Positions 10,191-20,641 of a DNA stretch of 64,000 nt are shown in pieces. The notes beneath the pieces are model-generated. The model did no database searches, was not told the origin of the DNA, and saw only the letters and a list, made by a program, of their open reading frames with translations. The position numbers and the translations under genes are program-made. Source of the DNA: Ignavibacteria bacterium (GTDB taxonomy: Bacteria; Bacteroidota; Ignavibacteria; Kapaibacteriales; Kapaibacteriaceae); NCBI GenBank assembly GCA_016191145.1, contig JACPPD010000003.1, positions 352,778 to 416,777 of the forward strand. The letters are read 5' to 3'. Every line of letters begins with the position of its first letter. The stretch's first letter is position 1.

Positions 10191-10193
10191 GGT

Positions 10194-12026
10194 TTATTCC
10201 ACGGTGACGCTTTTAGCAAGATTTCTGGGCATGTCTACGTTGCATCCTCGATCTACAGCCACGAAATAAGCAAGCAACTGCAATGGAATCGATGCAAGGA
10301 TAGGCGTGAGCATCGGAAGAGTTTCCGGAATGTAGATCACATGATTTGCAGCATCGGAGATTCTGCTGTCGCGACTGCTTGCAATGGCAATCACCTGGCC
10401 GTTGCGGGCTCGAACTTCTTCGATGTTTGAACGAACTTTATCGTAAATCTCATCCTTGGGCGCTATGAATACCACAGGCATGTTTTCATCAATCAGCGCA
10501 ATCGGACCATGCTTCATTTCTGCGGCAGGATACCCTTCGGCATGGATATATGAAATTTCTTTAAGTTTTAGAGCGCCTTCGAGTGCAACGGGAAAATTGT
10601 AACCTCTCCCTAAATACAAGAAGTTCGATACTCCCGAATACTGCTGAGCAATCTGCCTGATAGATTCAGACTGATCGAGAATAGTCTGTATGTGATCCGG
10701 GATCTCAGCCAAACCCTGGGCAATCTCCCTGCCTGCGTCTGCAGAGAGGTGACGCATGCGTCCAAGATAGACAGCGAATTGGGTAAGAATGCACAGCTGC
10801 GATGTAAACGCCTTTGTCGAAGCAACACCAATCTCTGGTCCTGCATGTATGTAAACGCCGGCGTCGGTTTCTCGGGCGATAGACGACCCAACAACGTTCA
10901 CCATTCCAAGTACAGTTGCGCCCCTTGTCTTTGCTTCGCGGATTGCTGCAAGAGTATCTGCTGTCTCACCACTCTGAGAAATTGCAATCACAACATCGTC
11001 GGGATTAATAATTGGATTCCGATAGCGGAATTCACTTGCGTATTCAACTTCCACCGGAATTCGAGCGAGCTGCTCGATGAGATACTCTCCTACGAGAGCT
11101 GCGTGCCAGCTAGTACCGCATGCAGTGATGATAATGCGTTTAGCAGTGCTGAGCTGCTCATACACCTTCGACAAGCCCCCTAACCGAACATTTCCCTCAT
11201 CGATGCGAAGTCGGCCTCGAAACCCATCTCGGAATGTTATTGGTTGTTCATAAATTTCTTTAAGCATGAAGTGGGGGAATCCGCCCTTTTCAATCTGATC
11301 CAACTCGAATGAGATTTCTTCGATATTTCCCGACGTCTCTTCGTTATGGATGGTCTTTGTTACATAGCCGCTGCGGCGAACCACAGCCATTTCGTTTTCC
11401 TGCAGGTAAATCACCTGTCTTGTATGTGCAATGATTGCAGCAGCATCGGAGGCAACAATGTATTCGTCTGTACCAACACCTAGTATCAGGGGGCTTCCAC
11501 GGCGTGCTGCGATGAGAAGATCCGGATCGTACGTGCTTACAACAACGATGCCGAACGTACCCTCGACTTCCGAAAGCGCCGTACGCACCGATGTTTCAAG
11601 ATCTCCTATCGTGTCGTACAGCATCCCGATAAACACTGCAAGCACCTCGGAATCTGTTTCAGAGCGGAATGTGTATCCGGCATTAACAAGTTTCTTCCGG
11701 ATTGTTAGGTAGTTCTCGATGATGCCGTTGTGTATGAGAGCTATGGAGCCGCTCATATCTGTATGAGGATGGGCATTTACATCGTTCGGAACTCCGTGCG
11801 TAGCCCATCTGGTATGTCCAACTCCCAAAGTGCCCTTCAGGGCCATCAGGTCGAACCCATTCTCAAGGTCGGCAACCTTCCCGGCTTTCTTATTGATTTT
11901 TAATTTCTCAGAATCAACAACACATACACCCGCCGAATCATATCCTCTGTATTCGAGTCTTCGCAACCCGCTGATGATGATCGGTGACGCCTGCCTATTT
12001 CCGATATAGCCCACTATTCCACACAT
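10194..12026 (-). CDS. glmS: Glutamine-fructose-6-phosphate transaminase (isomerizing)
   Basis: True start is MCGIVGY at 12026 (catalytic N-terminal Cys); LEYRGYDSAG, GHTRWATHG, SQSGETAD, C-terminal PRNLAKSVTVE. Confidence 0.98.
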   Translation of the reverse strand: MCGIVGYIGNRQASPIIISGLRRLEYRGYDSAGVCVVDSEKLKINKKAGKVADLENGFDLMALKGTLGVGHTRWATHGVPNDVNAHPHTDMSGSIALIHNGIIENYLTIRKKLVNAGYTFRSETDSEVLAVFIGMLYDTIGDLETSVRTALSEVEGTFGIVVVSTYDPDLLIAARRGSPLILGVGTDEYIVASDAAAIIAHTRQVIYLQENEMAVVRRSGYVTKTIHNEETSGNIEEISFELDQIEKGGFPHFMLKEIYEQPITFRDGFRGRLRIDEGNVRLGGLSKVYEQLSTAKRIIITACGTSWHAALVGEYLIEQLARIPVEVEYASEFRYRNPIINPDDVVIAISQSGETADTLAAIREAKTRGATVLGMVNVVGSSIARETDAGVYIHAGPEIGVASTKAFTSQLCILTQFAVYLGRMRHLSADAGREIAQGLAEIPDHIQTILDQSESIRQIAQQYSGVSNFLYLGRGYNFPVALEGALKLKEISYIHAEGYPAAEMKHGPIALIDENMPVVFIAPKDEIYDKVRSNIEEVRARNGQVIAIASSRDSRISDAANHVIYIPETLPMLTPILASIPLQLLAYFVAVDRGCNVDMPRNLAKSVTVE

Positions 12027-12096
12027 AGCACAAATTACTTTCAGCAAAAGGCAAATTTACGATGTCCTGATAACCGAAACCTGAATCAATGGAGAG

Positions 12097-14640
12097 CTAT
12101 CGGTATACCGGTGTGTTCTGCTTAACGAACTCCGCTCCACGAAGCTGGGGAGCCGCTGCCGAGAATCGGAGGTAAAATCCTTGGTTAGGACCAAGAGGGA
12201 CCCAGTTGAGCGTAAGGTTCCAGCAGTGGATACGCTTTGTAATATCAATAATTGGCGTGCTCAGTTTGAATTTGAGAACGTCTACAACACCAGTGGCATT
12301 CAAAGAAAGTGTTTGTGTTAGCGTGGCCGATCCGCGAAACCGCATTTGCAAGGTTTGAGTAAGCAGGTCGGGAGTTGGTTTCGAATAGTTATAGGTAAAA
12401 TCAAGAGAGACCTCCCAGGGAACGATTACCGGAGACCATCCTGGAGTATGATCGGCGAATAGGTCAACTTCTTGTTCGCGAAGATTCAGACGCCTGCTGA
12501 AACGACTGCGCAAATCCTCCTTTGTGCTGTCCTTCTTAACACTGTCGGTTACTATTGTCGAGCGCTCGAACGAGACTCCTGCCGATGAAAACGATGTTCC
12601 CACCTGTATGGCCAAATTGGTGAAGCGCCCCAGCCCCTTACCAGCTTCAATCATAGACGTTCCGATATCGCGCCACTCCAGACGTCCCGTTGATTCATTT
12701 TCCACCTTCGCCTGATCGTAGGGATTGAACGTCCCGGTTAAGTTAAAACTGATTGCCTTCAGGACGGGAGTCCTAAGGTCGAAACGCAGTGGTGAGAGCT
12801 TCATGGAATCCGCAGCTAGATTATAGCTGGAATTGATGTTGAACGTTACCAGGTCGATTGGTTTTGCGGCAACCGTATCCGAATCTGCCTGCGTTGGCTT
12901 TATGCTGAATTTATTCGTAAGTCCCATGTTTACTAAATATTTTTTAGAACTGGAGGCAATGCTCCCCGAACCAAAGCGATTATACCTCACAGTCTTTCCC
13001 GTTGCGCCTATGTATTCTGCATAAAAATCGTTGGAAGGGTCGCTTTGATCGGGCATGTACTGGAACCCAACGATAGGCTGTAGTGTGTGTCTGAATGCGC
13101 TAATACCCAAGATATTAGGATAGATCATGCCATATAGAAAAGTGCTTGCACTCACTCCGTAGGAATAGGTGTACTCTCTAAAGAATCCTGGCTCGCGTAC
13201 AGAAACTTCTTTGGCAACAGAGTCGGTTGTATCGATGGATTTTGTGTACCGCTGGAACCACCAGTTTTCTGAGTACGACACAGTTGGCTGGAATGTAAAA
13301 TTTCCAAGTTTGGGTGTTACGGTAATACCGGGACGATGCTCGATAACGGAATTCTCGGTAACTACGAAATTGCCAGTGTCGGAACTGCGCTGCGAAGAGT
13401 ATGCATATCTGCCTGTGGCGCGGTAGACAAATGTCAAATCGCGCATCCAGCTTTCGCCACCGATAATGCCCCTCAACGGATACATTTGCGGAATGCCAAA
13501 CGATGCCGATGGAACACTGTTAACCGATCCGTTAGACATGTTTTGGTCTCGAGTGAATCCAACATTAAACGTCATTCCATTGTAAAATGTGCGCTGATAT
13601 GAAGCGTTCGAACGTGCGTTCTGACGAATTCTGTCGATTGGATTAAATGATGTGTTTTGATAAACTTTTTGAGAAGTAAAAAGTAAATCGGCAGCTATGG
13701 ATTCATTAGGACCCAGTTGCTGTTGGTGCTTTGCGTCGAACGCAAAATTTCTTGCGAATGGGTCTTCAACATTTAATCTCGTGTACCCGAACGTAATCTT
13801 TGCTCTTCCATTAAGCCTGTCGCGGATAACATATTGCGATTCTGAATATGCAGTAAAACCACCCTTCGAAAGGAGATCGGCTGTAAGTTGTGTATCAAAG
13901 TAGTCGTTAGCAGCATAGTAGTAACCAATGTTCTGAAGCACAATGCCGCGATTGTTTGTAACTAAGGGATTGGGCATAATAAAACCTGATCGTCTGCCTT
14001 TGCGAGCATCAAAGAACAAACCAATTGGCAAAGCGAACAGGGGAATATCCTCTACGTACACAATTGTTGGATCCAGGAAAACTTTGTCGTCGGCTATGAC
14101 CTTCATTTTCGGAGAGTTGAAAAAGAAGTGTGGCCGAGGTGCATCGCACGTAGTAAAACATCCATCTTCCACGAACGCTGTTTTTTCGTCGGTGCGCTTA
14201 ATTCGAGACCCATAGTAAAAGCCCCCTTCAATACTTGTTTCACCAAATTTCACTCGCCCCCTGCCAGTGGTGAAATTGTAGATCATGGACTCACCGGCAA
14301 ACTCTTCACCCTTGTCCTTGAAAACTGGGAATCCTGCAATCTTACCGGTTGAGTCCTGCGCTCCTTCGGCAGTGAGTGTGGATGAGGCAAAGTCCATATT
14401 AATCACTTCAGCCTCGATAATCTGTTGCTTAAAAGTCACAACTGCGCCTCCTCGCAGGCGCATCGTTTTTCGCTTGACGTTGAAGTGAACACTGTCTGTG
14501 GCCGACACTACGATTATTGTGTCGATATCGCTTTTCCCTGCCGATACTTGCACCGAATCATCGACACACAAGAGAGGCGGTGCGCAGATGAGCAGAAAAA
14601 GTATGTAAATAACGATACGATTGAGCTGTCCGCTTGGCAT
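12097..14640 (-). CDS. lptD: Putative LPS assembly protein LptD (Bacteroidota type)
   Basis: N-terminal OstA-like region (A.DS..., FTTCD..PHF), RRSGFIMP, large beta-barrel and C-terminal HCW motif. Confidence 0.88.
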   Translation of the reverse strand: MPSGQLNRIVIYILFLLICAPPLLCVDDSVQVSAGKSDIDTIIVVSATDSVHFNVKRKTMRLRGGAVVTFKQQIIEAEVINMDFASSTLTAEGAQDSTGKIAGFPVFKDKGEEFAGESMIYNFTTGRGRVKFGETSIEGGFYYGSRIKRTDEKTAFVEDGCFTTCDAPRPHFFFNSPKMKVIADDKVFLDPTIVYVEDIPLFALPIGLFFDARKGRRSGFIMPNPLVTNNRGIVLQNIGYYYAANDYFDTQLTADLLSKGGFTAYSESQYVIRDRLNGRAKITFGYTRLNVEDPFARNFAFDAKHQQQLGPNESIAADLLFTSQKVYQNTSFNPIDRIRQNARSNASYQRTFYNGMTFNVGFTRDQNMSNGSVNSVPSASFGIPQMYPLRGIIGGESWMRDLTFVYRATGRYAYSSQRSSDTGNFVVTENSVIEHRPGITVTPKLGNFTFQPTVSYSENWWFQRYTKSIDTTDSVAKEVSVREPGFFREYTYSYGVSASTFLYGMIYPNILGISAFRHTLQPIVGFQYMPDQSDPSNDFYAEYIGATGKTVRYNRFGSGSIASSSKKYLVNMGLTNKFSIKPTQADSDTVAAKPIDLVTFNINSSYNLAADSMKLSPLRFDLRTPVLKAISFNLTGTFNPYDQAKVENESTGRLEWRDIGTSMIEAGKGLGRFTNLAIQVGTSFSSAGVSFERSTIVTDSVKKDSTKEDLRSRFSRRLNLREQEVDLFADHTPGWSPVIVPWEVSLDFTYNYSKPTPDLLTQTLQMRFRGSATLTQTLSLNATGVVDVLKFKLSTPIIDITKRIHCWNLTLNWVPLGPNQGFYLRFSAAAPQLRGAEFVKQNTPVYR

Positions 14641-15356
14641 TAACGGTACGACGTGCGCACAAACGTTGGGGGAATGTCAACTATCAACCGTTCTTGAATT
14701 GGTTCATTAATGGTGATGTGCTCAATTCTGAACGATGCTGACTGATGTTTATCCTGGACGCTTATCTCAATTACATGCGGTAGCGGCACACCACCGATCT
14801 CGCCTACATTCTTAAATGCTACGTCGAGCTGAATCTCACCGTTAAGCCCCTTCTGCTGATATTGTTTGATGAGCGAGTGCACGGTATCAACAAGCAGGTA
14901 TTCGACACCCGAGGTATCGCGATATTCAAAAAGGACCGATTCGTCCGTCCTCGGTTCCGAACGCGAGAACCGCTCGGGATTGCCGGGGGCTTTTCCACGC
15001 ATCAACGCCATCAAATACGATGCCGGTAGGGGGAATGGCAGGACTCTCTGCAGCGACTTTGCATCGGGCCTACCCTCGTGAGCCTCCTGCATAAGGTAAT
15101 TGACGAATACAAACGTATCGCGTTCTGCCCACATTCTTGCTGTGGTAATACCAAACGGGCCTCCAATGGTTAGCCTGAAGGCGTCGTTGGTGTCCATCAA
15201 TGCCGTAAAAGGCAGTCCGCTGAGATTCTGATCCCCAGCAGTCGAAAATGTGCCGCTGACCCTCATCGTCTTAACGCCCATGCCCAAATCACGAATCGCC
15301 GGATCAGAACCCAAGCTGTTACTCAGCAGAACAATTAAAGCTAGTAGCGGTATCAT
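14640..15356 (-). CDS. Exported protein, DUF4292 / LolA-LolB-like fold
   Basis: Signal peptide, I.GPFGI...R motif, beta-rich body and C-terminal IP..F pattern; overlaps the lptD start by one base. Confidence 0.55.
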   Translation of the reverse strand: MIPLLALIVLLSNSLGSDPAIRDLGMGVKTMRVSGTFSTAGDQNLSGLPFTALMDTNDAFRLTIGGPFGITTARMWAERDTFVFVNYLMQEAHEGRPDAKSLQRVLPFPLPASYLMALMRGKAPGNPERFSRSEPRTDESVLFEYRDTSGVEYLLVDTVHSLIKQYQQKGLNGEIQLDVAFKNVGEIGGVPLPHVIEISVQDKHQSASFRIEHITINEPIQERLIVDIPPTFVRTSYR

Positions 15357-15392
15357 CGTATGTTACTGTTCTAACATCACAAAAGTACTATC

Positions 15393-15863
15393 ATGATCTA
15401 CGTCACACGTTCCGCGATGTTTTCGGCATCGCACCGACTGTTCAACCCAACCTTTTCAGATGAGCGCAACAACGAAATTTTTGATAAATGCAACAATCTT
15501 CTTGGACATGGACACAATTACAGGCTGGATGTAACTGTAAGGGGCTTGCCAGACGCTGAAACCGGATATGTAATAGACTTAAAAAAACTCAAGGCAACCA
15601 TGGAAGCAGTAGTCATCGACAAGGTTGACCACAAGCACTTAAATTATGATGTCAGCTTTCTGCGAGGCATAATACCAACAGTTGAAAATCTCTGCGTGCT
15701 GTTTTGGAGAGAGCTTGAGCGCACGTTGCCAAGCGGTTTGCTTCACTCAGTTAAGTTGTGGGAGTCTGAACAGAATGTTGCTGAATATTTTGGAGAACCT
15801 GTAACCATTCCATTATTCGAATTTTCTCGTACATCACAAACTAATTCACCAATCATTGTATGA
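15393..15863 (+). CDS. queD: 6-carboxytetrahydropterin / 6-pyruvoyl-tetrahydropterin synthase
   Basis: FSASHRL, KCNN..GHGHNY, DHKHLN, PTVEN, VKLWES. Confidence 0.92.
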   Translation: MIYVTRSAMFSASHRLFNPTFSDERNNEIFDKCNNLLGHGHNYRLDVTVRGLPDAETGYVIDLKKLKATMEAVVIDKVDHKHLNYDVSFLRGIIPTVENLCVLFWRELERTLPSGLLHSVKLWESEQNVAEYFGEPVTIPLFEFSRTSQTNSPIIV

Positions 15864-16564
15864 GCTCGAAATTAATAGACCTCGACGAAGATGAACTTGA
15901 ACATCACTTTATGCGGGAGGGTCTGGCATTCCCCACCGTTAATGTCCACGGCTACCAGATGTTCGACTCAAACGGTAATGTATCTGTCCCAAATGAAGAG
16001 CGGGAAGTAATGCTAGCGACAGTTGAGCAGAAATTTTCGGAAATCTTCGATGTTCTTCGCATCGACAGGAATGATCCGAATTCAGCCGATACGCCATACA
16101 GACTATCGAGCATGCTCGTTAACGAACTATTTGTCGGTCGATATACGCCCCTTCCCAGAATCACGGTTTTTCCTAATCGTAAAAAAGTTGATGAATTGGT
16201 GATATCCAAGCACATCAAGGTTATGAGCTTGTGCTCCCACCACTGGCAGCCGATTTCGGGACATTGTGCAATTGGTTATGTGCCACGAGACAAGGTTATT
16301 GGCCTTTCAAAATTTACACGCATGGTTGAGTGGTACTCCCGACGCGGTCAAATTCAGGAAGAACTGGGCGAGCAGATTGCAGATTGCATCGAAAGACTGT
16401 TGGATCCTATCGCTGTAGGAGTGGTTATTTCAGCCAAACACTTTTGCATGATTGCACGGGGAGTTGAAGCAGATGAGGACAGTGTGATGGTTACCAGCGT
16501 AATGCGCGGTGAGTTGGCAAAAAATCCAACTCTTAGAGCAGAGTTCTTAACCCTGATAGGATGA
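15860..16564 (+). CDS. folE: GTP cyclohydrolase I
   Basis: SLCSHH, IGLSK, QIQEEL, HFCMIARGV, RAEFL. Confidence 0.95.
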   Translation: MSSKLIDLDEDELEHHFMREGLAFPTVNVHGYQMFDSNGNVSVPNEEREVMLATVEQKFSEIFDVLRIDRNDPNSADTPYRLSSMLVNELFVGRYTPLPRITVFPNRKKVDELVISKHIKVMSLCSHHWQPISGHCAIGYVPRDKVIGLSKFTRMVEWYSRRGQIQEELGEQIADCIERLLDPIAVGVVISAKHFCMIARGVEADEDSVMVTSVMRGELAKNPTLRAEFLTLIG

Positions 16565-17205
16565 GCGACATTGAGATAAGCCATTGGAATAACAGTGGGT
16601 TAATCGTTGGAGTTGACGAAGCTGGAAGAGGAGCGCTGGCTGGTCCTGTTGTGGCTGCAGCCGTCGTACTCAATCCCACTGATCTCCCCACTGGAATTGC
16701 AGATTCTAAGGTACTGACTGCCGACGTCAGAACTGAGTTGTCGCTAATCATTAAGTCCAGAGCTATCGCATGGTCTGTTGGCTTTGTTGATAATACCAGA
16801 ATCGATCAAATCAACATTCTTCAAGCTACATTCGATGCTATGCACGCATCGGTGAACGATATTGTCAATATATTTACTAACAATCGTGCCTCCACCAACG
16901 GACTGCATCTCCTTATTGACGGCAACCGATTCAGGCCACACAGAATACCTCATACATGCATTGTAGGGGGTGATGCAAAATGCATTTCCATTGGCGCTGC
17001 TTCGATTTTGGCGAAGACTGAACGCGACTTGTGGATGACGGACGTTGCCGATGTGGCGTGGCCGGAGTATTCATTTCGTAAACACAAGGGATATGCAACT
17101 GCTTTTCACCGGAGTGCAATTAGCAAGTATGGTCCGTGCGAGATTCATCGGATAACTTTTTTATCACGCATTAGAATGACGTCCTTGTTTGATGGTCTGA
17201 AGTAA
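16561..17205 (+). CDS. rnhB: Ribonuclease HII
   Basis: GVDEAGRGALAGPVVAAA, DSK, LIDGN, AASILAK, KHKGY.T, HR.TF. Confidence 0.97.
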   Translation: MSDIEISHWNNSGLIVGVDEAGRGALAGPVVAAAVVLNPTDLPTGIADSKVLTADVRTELSLIIKSRAIAWSVGFVDNTRIDQINILQATFDAMHASVNDIVNIFTNNRASTNGLHLLIDGNRFRPHRIPHTCIVGGDAKCISIGAASILAKTERDLWMTDVADVAWPEYSFRKHKGYATAFHRSAISKYGPCEIHRITFLSRIRMTSLFDGLK

Positions 17206-17212
17206 TCAGCTC

Positions 17213-18625
17213 ATGACACTTGCTCTAATAGACATTGTAATTCTGGCAATCTCAGTTGCGGCAACAATGATGGTCGGTTTGTCAGCAGTAAGGAGCAAGC
17301 GCAAGGGAGATCATGTGAGGATGCGAGCGATGTCGGCAACGGAATATATCCTTGCTGGCAGGAAGCTGACGGCTCCTCTGTTTGCAGCTTCTTTGACTGC
17401 AACATGGTATGGATCTGTTCTTGGTGCAGGTGAATTCATAGCGCGTTACGGAGTTGTATTCATCCTTTGTATGGGCATTCCGTATTACATTACAGCCATT
17501 ATCTATGCATTTTTATTATCCAAAAGATTGCGCAAAAACGAGGCAGTCTCGATACCACATTTAATAAGCCGCTCATTTGGCACAGGTCCGGGTTATGCAG
17601 CAGCTATCGCCATGCTATTTATTTCGATACCTGCCCCCTTCATGCTTTCAATTGGCTTGTTGTTTCACAGCATTGCAGGAGTGTCTGTACCAGTTGGAGT
17701 AATAATTGGATCGTTCGCCTCGCTGTTCATTGTTGCAAAAGGGGGCTTAGCCAGCGACGTAAGGGCAAACGTGGCTCAACTAATTATCATGTTTGCGGGA
17801 TTTGGTGCATTGGCAGTCTGGTGCATTATTCGTTTAGGCAGTATCGGAGAGATGTGGCAGCATGTGCCAACGCTTCAGCAAAGCATTCCAGGTCCGCTAG
17901 ACTGGCAGGTTATCGCTGTGTGGTTTCTCATTGCCCTACAAACGTTTGTCGATCCAAACTTTCACGTGCGTTCTGCTGCAGCCTCAACGCCCAGTGCTGC
18001 ACGAAGTGGATTGATGATTAGCGTGGCAGCATGGATGATGTTCGACGGGATTCAATTGCTGATTGGCTTATATGCCGTCTCATACGTACCAACAGCCAAC
18101 TCGGCTGAAACATTCCTAAATATTGCAAATAACATATTGCCAATGGCATGGAAGGGATTATTTGTTGCTGGTGTCTTTGCAGCTATCATGTCTACGCTCG
18201 ATGGCTATGCGCTTGTAAGCGCTACAACAATAGGTCACGACATCATTGACTCGGTTCGGCAAAAGGGGCATTCCCGCAGATCGCTCTTAATTGGACTGGG
18301 AACGACTGGTATAATAGGCGTCGTGGCGGCGATTGCCATACCAAGTATCGTCGATCTGATTTACAAAGCAGCTTCCATTACCGTTCCAGCGCTGCTGTTA
18401 CCGATTTATGTTGCAATCCGCAAGCCACACGTTGCAAAGCAAGTCAGCGGATTTGGTTTGATAGCTACACTGTGGATTGTTGTACCATCGTGCGTAGCGC
18501 TACTGACGTTCTTTGCGAACGCATTGTGGGGTTTCGGCATTGAACCAATGATTACTGGGTTAATTGCATCGTTGATAATATTCTTTATCATAAGAGGATC
18601 CCATGCAACTGATACGGGCGAGTGA
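17213..18625 (+). CDS. Sodium:solute symporter family transporter
   Basis: About 13 TM segments, EYILAGRKL, SLTATWYG, AAIMSTLD; substrate unknown. Confidence 0.9.
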   Translation: MTLALIDIVILAISVAATMMVGLSAVRSKRKGDHVRMRAMSATEYILAGRKLTAPLFAASLTATWYGSVLGAGEFIARYGVVFILCMGIPYYITAIIYAFLLSKRLRKNEAVSIPHLISRSFGTGPGYAAAIAMLFISIPAPFMLSIGLLFHSIAGVSVPVGVIIGSFASLFIVAKGGLASDVRANVAQLIIMFAGFGALAVWCIIRLGSIGEMWQHVPTLQQSIPGPLDWQVIAVWFLIALQTFVDPNFHVRSAAASTPSAARSGLMISVAAWMMFDGIQLLIGLYAVSYVPTANSAETFLNIANNILPMAWKGLFVAGVFAAIMSTLDGYALVSATTIGHDIIDSVRQKGHSRRSLLIGLGTTGIIGVVAAIAIPSIVDLIYKAASITVPALLLPIYVAIRKPHVAKQVSGFGLIATLWIVVPSCVALLTFFANALWGFGIEPMITGLIASLIIFFIIRGSHATDTGE

Positions 18626-19145
18626 TCGGTTCTGGACGTTATCAAACGTAGTGAGCCTGGCACGGCTTGCCCTTACTGTACCAATCGTGATTGCTTTGGT
18701 ACAAGACTCTCGGTGGCTGGCGTTATGTTTATCGCTTGTGGCTGCCGCGTCGGATTGGTTCGACGGATATGCTGCCAGGGCAACCAAAACTGTGAGTGAG
18801 TGGGGTAAGATTATCGATCCAATTGCCGATAAGATTCTTGTTGGAGCCGTTGTCGTCATCCTAGTGGTTAAGGGTCTTCTTCCTGTCTGGTTCGTTGCTA
18901 TGGTATTAGTGAGAGATGTGGTGATACTTGTGTTCGCAGCGTACCTTCGACGTCGCATTACCGTTGTGCCTCCTTCCCTGTTGAGCGGCAAACTTGCCGT
19001 TGGTGCAATATCCCTTGCGGGAATCGCAGCCATGGCAGGTTGGACGTTGGTTCTCAGCGTGAGCATTACCCTGAGCACCATCCTTGCGGCGGTATCTTTG
19101 TGGCAATACGGCAAGAGATTTTATGGGATTATTCGACAGATTTAA
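18603..19145 (+). CDS. CDP-alcohol phosphatidyltransferase (PgsA-like)
   Basis: D..DGY.AR......S.WG..IDPIADK signature. Confidence 0.92.
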   Translation: MQLIRASDRFWTLSNVVSLARLALTVPIVIALVQDSRWLALCLSLVAAASDWFDGYAARATKTVSEWGKIIDPIADKILVGAVVVILVVKGLLPVWFVAMVLVRDVVILVFAAYLRRRITVVPPSLLSGKLAVGAISLAGIAAMAGWTLVLSVSITLSTILAAVSLWQYGKRFYGIIRQI

Positions 19146-20121
19146 GAAGACGATTACCGATCTCTCTGAGAAACTTTCGTTCGATAGGTTAACAGAGGGG
19201 CTTGCAAAGACGCGTGACTCGTTTGTGAGCAGGCTTCGAAAGGCTCTGTTTGCTGGACGAAAAATAGATGCTTCACTACTGGCTGAAATAGAAGAAATTC
19301 TCATTTCATCCGATGTTGGCGTTGCAACATCAGAGCAAATCATTAGTCGGCTTAAGGAGAGAGTGCGTCAGGACAAGATTGAGGATGCAGACAGCATCAT
19401 CACAATCCTGAAAGATGTAATAGCATCAATGCTGGCAGAATCTCCTTCATCGCATAACGACCGACACTTTGTTATTGCTGATGATAATAAACCACTTGTA
19501 ATTCTGGTGATCGGAGTAAATGGTGTTGGTAAGACAACAACCATTGGAAAGCTTGCATACAACTACCGCCAGGCAGGCCGGTCTGTTATTATTGGTGCTG
19601 CCGACACGTTCCGTGCTGCTGCCAATGAACAACTGGAAATCTGGGCGCAACGTGCTGGTGTAGATATAGTACAGCAAAAGCAGGGGGCCGATCCCGCTGC
19701 AGTAGTGTACGATACTTTAAATGCTGCCACAGCACGAAGTACAGATGTCGTTATTATCGACACGGCAGGACGCCTTCACAACAAACAGGGTCTAATGCAA
19801 GAATTGGGAAAAATTGGCAGAGTGATGAAGAAAGTAAAGCCAGATGCGCCCGACGAAGTATTCCTTGTACTCGACGCTACCACTGGTCAGAACGCTCTGC
19901 AGCAGGCAAAGGAGTTCACAAAGGTTGCACCGCTAACCGGAATAATCCTTACCAAGCTCGATGGAACTGCGAAGGGAGGAGCAGTGCTTGCCATCGCCGC
20001 CTCTCTGAATGTATCTGTGCGGTATATCGGTGTCGGTGAGAAAATTGACGACTTACAGGTATTCGACCCAATAGCATTTGTCGAGGCTCTTTTTGAAGAA
20101 CGGACAATGGTAGATGTCTAA
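19123..20121 (+). CDS. ftsY: Signal recognition particle receptor FtsY
   Basis: Likely start MGLFDRF at 19123; GVNGVGKTTT, DTFRAAA, DTAGR, TKLDGTAKGG. Confidence 0.97.
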   Translation: MGLFDRFKKTITDLSEKLSFDRLTEGLAKTRDSFVSRLRKALFAGRKIDASLLAEIEEILISSDVGVATSEQIISRLKERVRQDKIEDADSIITILKDVIASMLAESPSSHNDRHFVIADDNKPLVILVIGVNGVGKTTTIGKLAYNYRQAGRSVIIGAADTFRAAANEQLEIWAQRAGVDIVQQKQGADPAAVVYDTLNAATARSTDVVIIDTAGRLHNKQGLMQELGKIGRVMKKVKPDAPDEVFLVLDATTGQNALQQAKEFTKVAPLTGIILTKLDGTAKGGAVLAIAASLNVSVRYIGVGEKIDDLQVFDPIAFVEALFEERTMVDV

Positions 20122-20611
20122 GCGCAGAAGATGGTTTCGTTGGTTGTTTGCGATCGTTGTTGTCGTTTCATTCATATTCCTTGTGTACGTCATTAATAGA
20201 TTTTTAACCGAAGCCCAAATGTCTATGGGGCCAACGCCTATTTCCGGAAATGATGTTGACGCATTGTTAATAAATAAAAAAGATTATAGTCCGCCCGGCG
20301 ATGGCCTGCTGCGTATTGCTCAAGTCCACGTCTGTCTTAGAATATGGGAGGCACTCGATTCACTTACCAGCCGTGGTTCTTCTGCGAACACGATTCGCAG
20401 GAACGTTACGGAGTTGCTGAACTCACACTTGCAGACGCGTGCATCGTACACGTGGGCAAGGAACACAATCGTGACTGCCCTGATACGCCCACCCAAAACA
20501 CCTTCAGATTCAATGAATGTTGAACTCATCAGAATGATGAGACCCAGATTAGAAAACGTTCGGCATGTACCGATGAATTCCCTTGATGCTGAACTTCTGG
20601 TGACTAAATAG
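20114..20611 (+). CDS. Hypothetical single-pass membrane protein
   Basis: Basic N-terminus plus one TM helix; overlaps the ftsY stop, consistent with translational coupling. Confidence 0.6.
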   Translation: MSKRRRWFRWLFAIVVVVSFIFLVYVINRFLTEAQMSMGPTPISGNDVDALLINKKDYSPPGDGLLRIAQVHVCLRIWEALDSLTSRGSSANTIRRNVTELLNSHLQTRASYTWARNTIVTALIRPPKTPSDSMNVELIRMMRPRLENVRHVPMNSLDAELLVTK

Positions 20612-20641
20612 TTGTAGAATCCGTCACGCAGTACCGCACAT

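Noticed and set aside
12027..12096. glmS ribozyme upstream of glmS
   Set aside because: Only 70 bp separate the genes and a promoter element sits 25 nt before the ATG, leaving no room and no matching core.
15393..16564. queD-folE as part of a 7-deazaguanine DNA-modification system
   Set aside because: No dpdA, queC or queE is nearby, and the pair is coupled to rnhB in a housekeeping operon.
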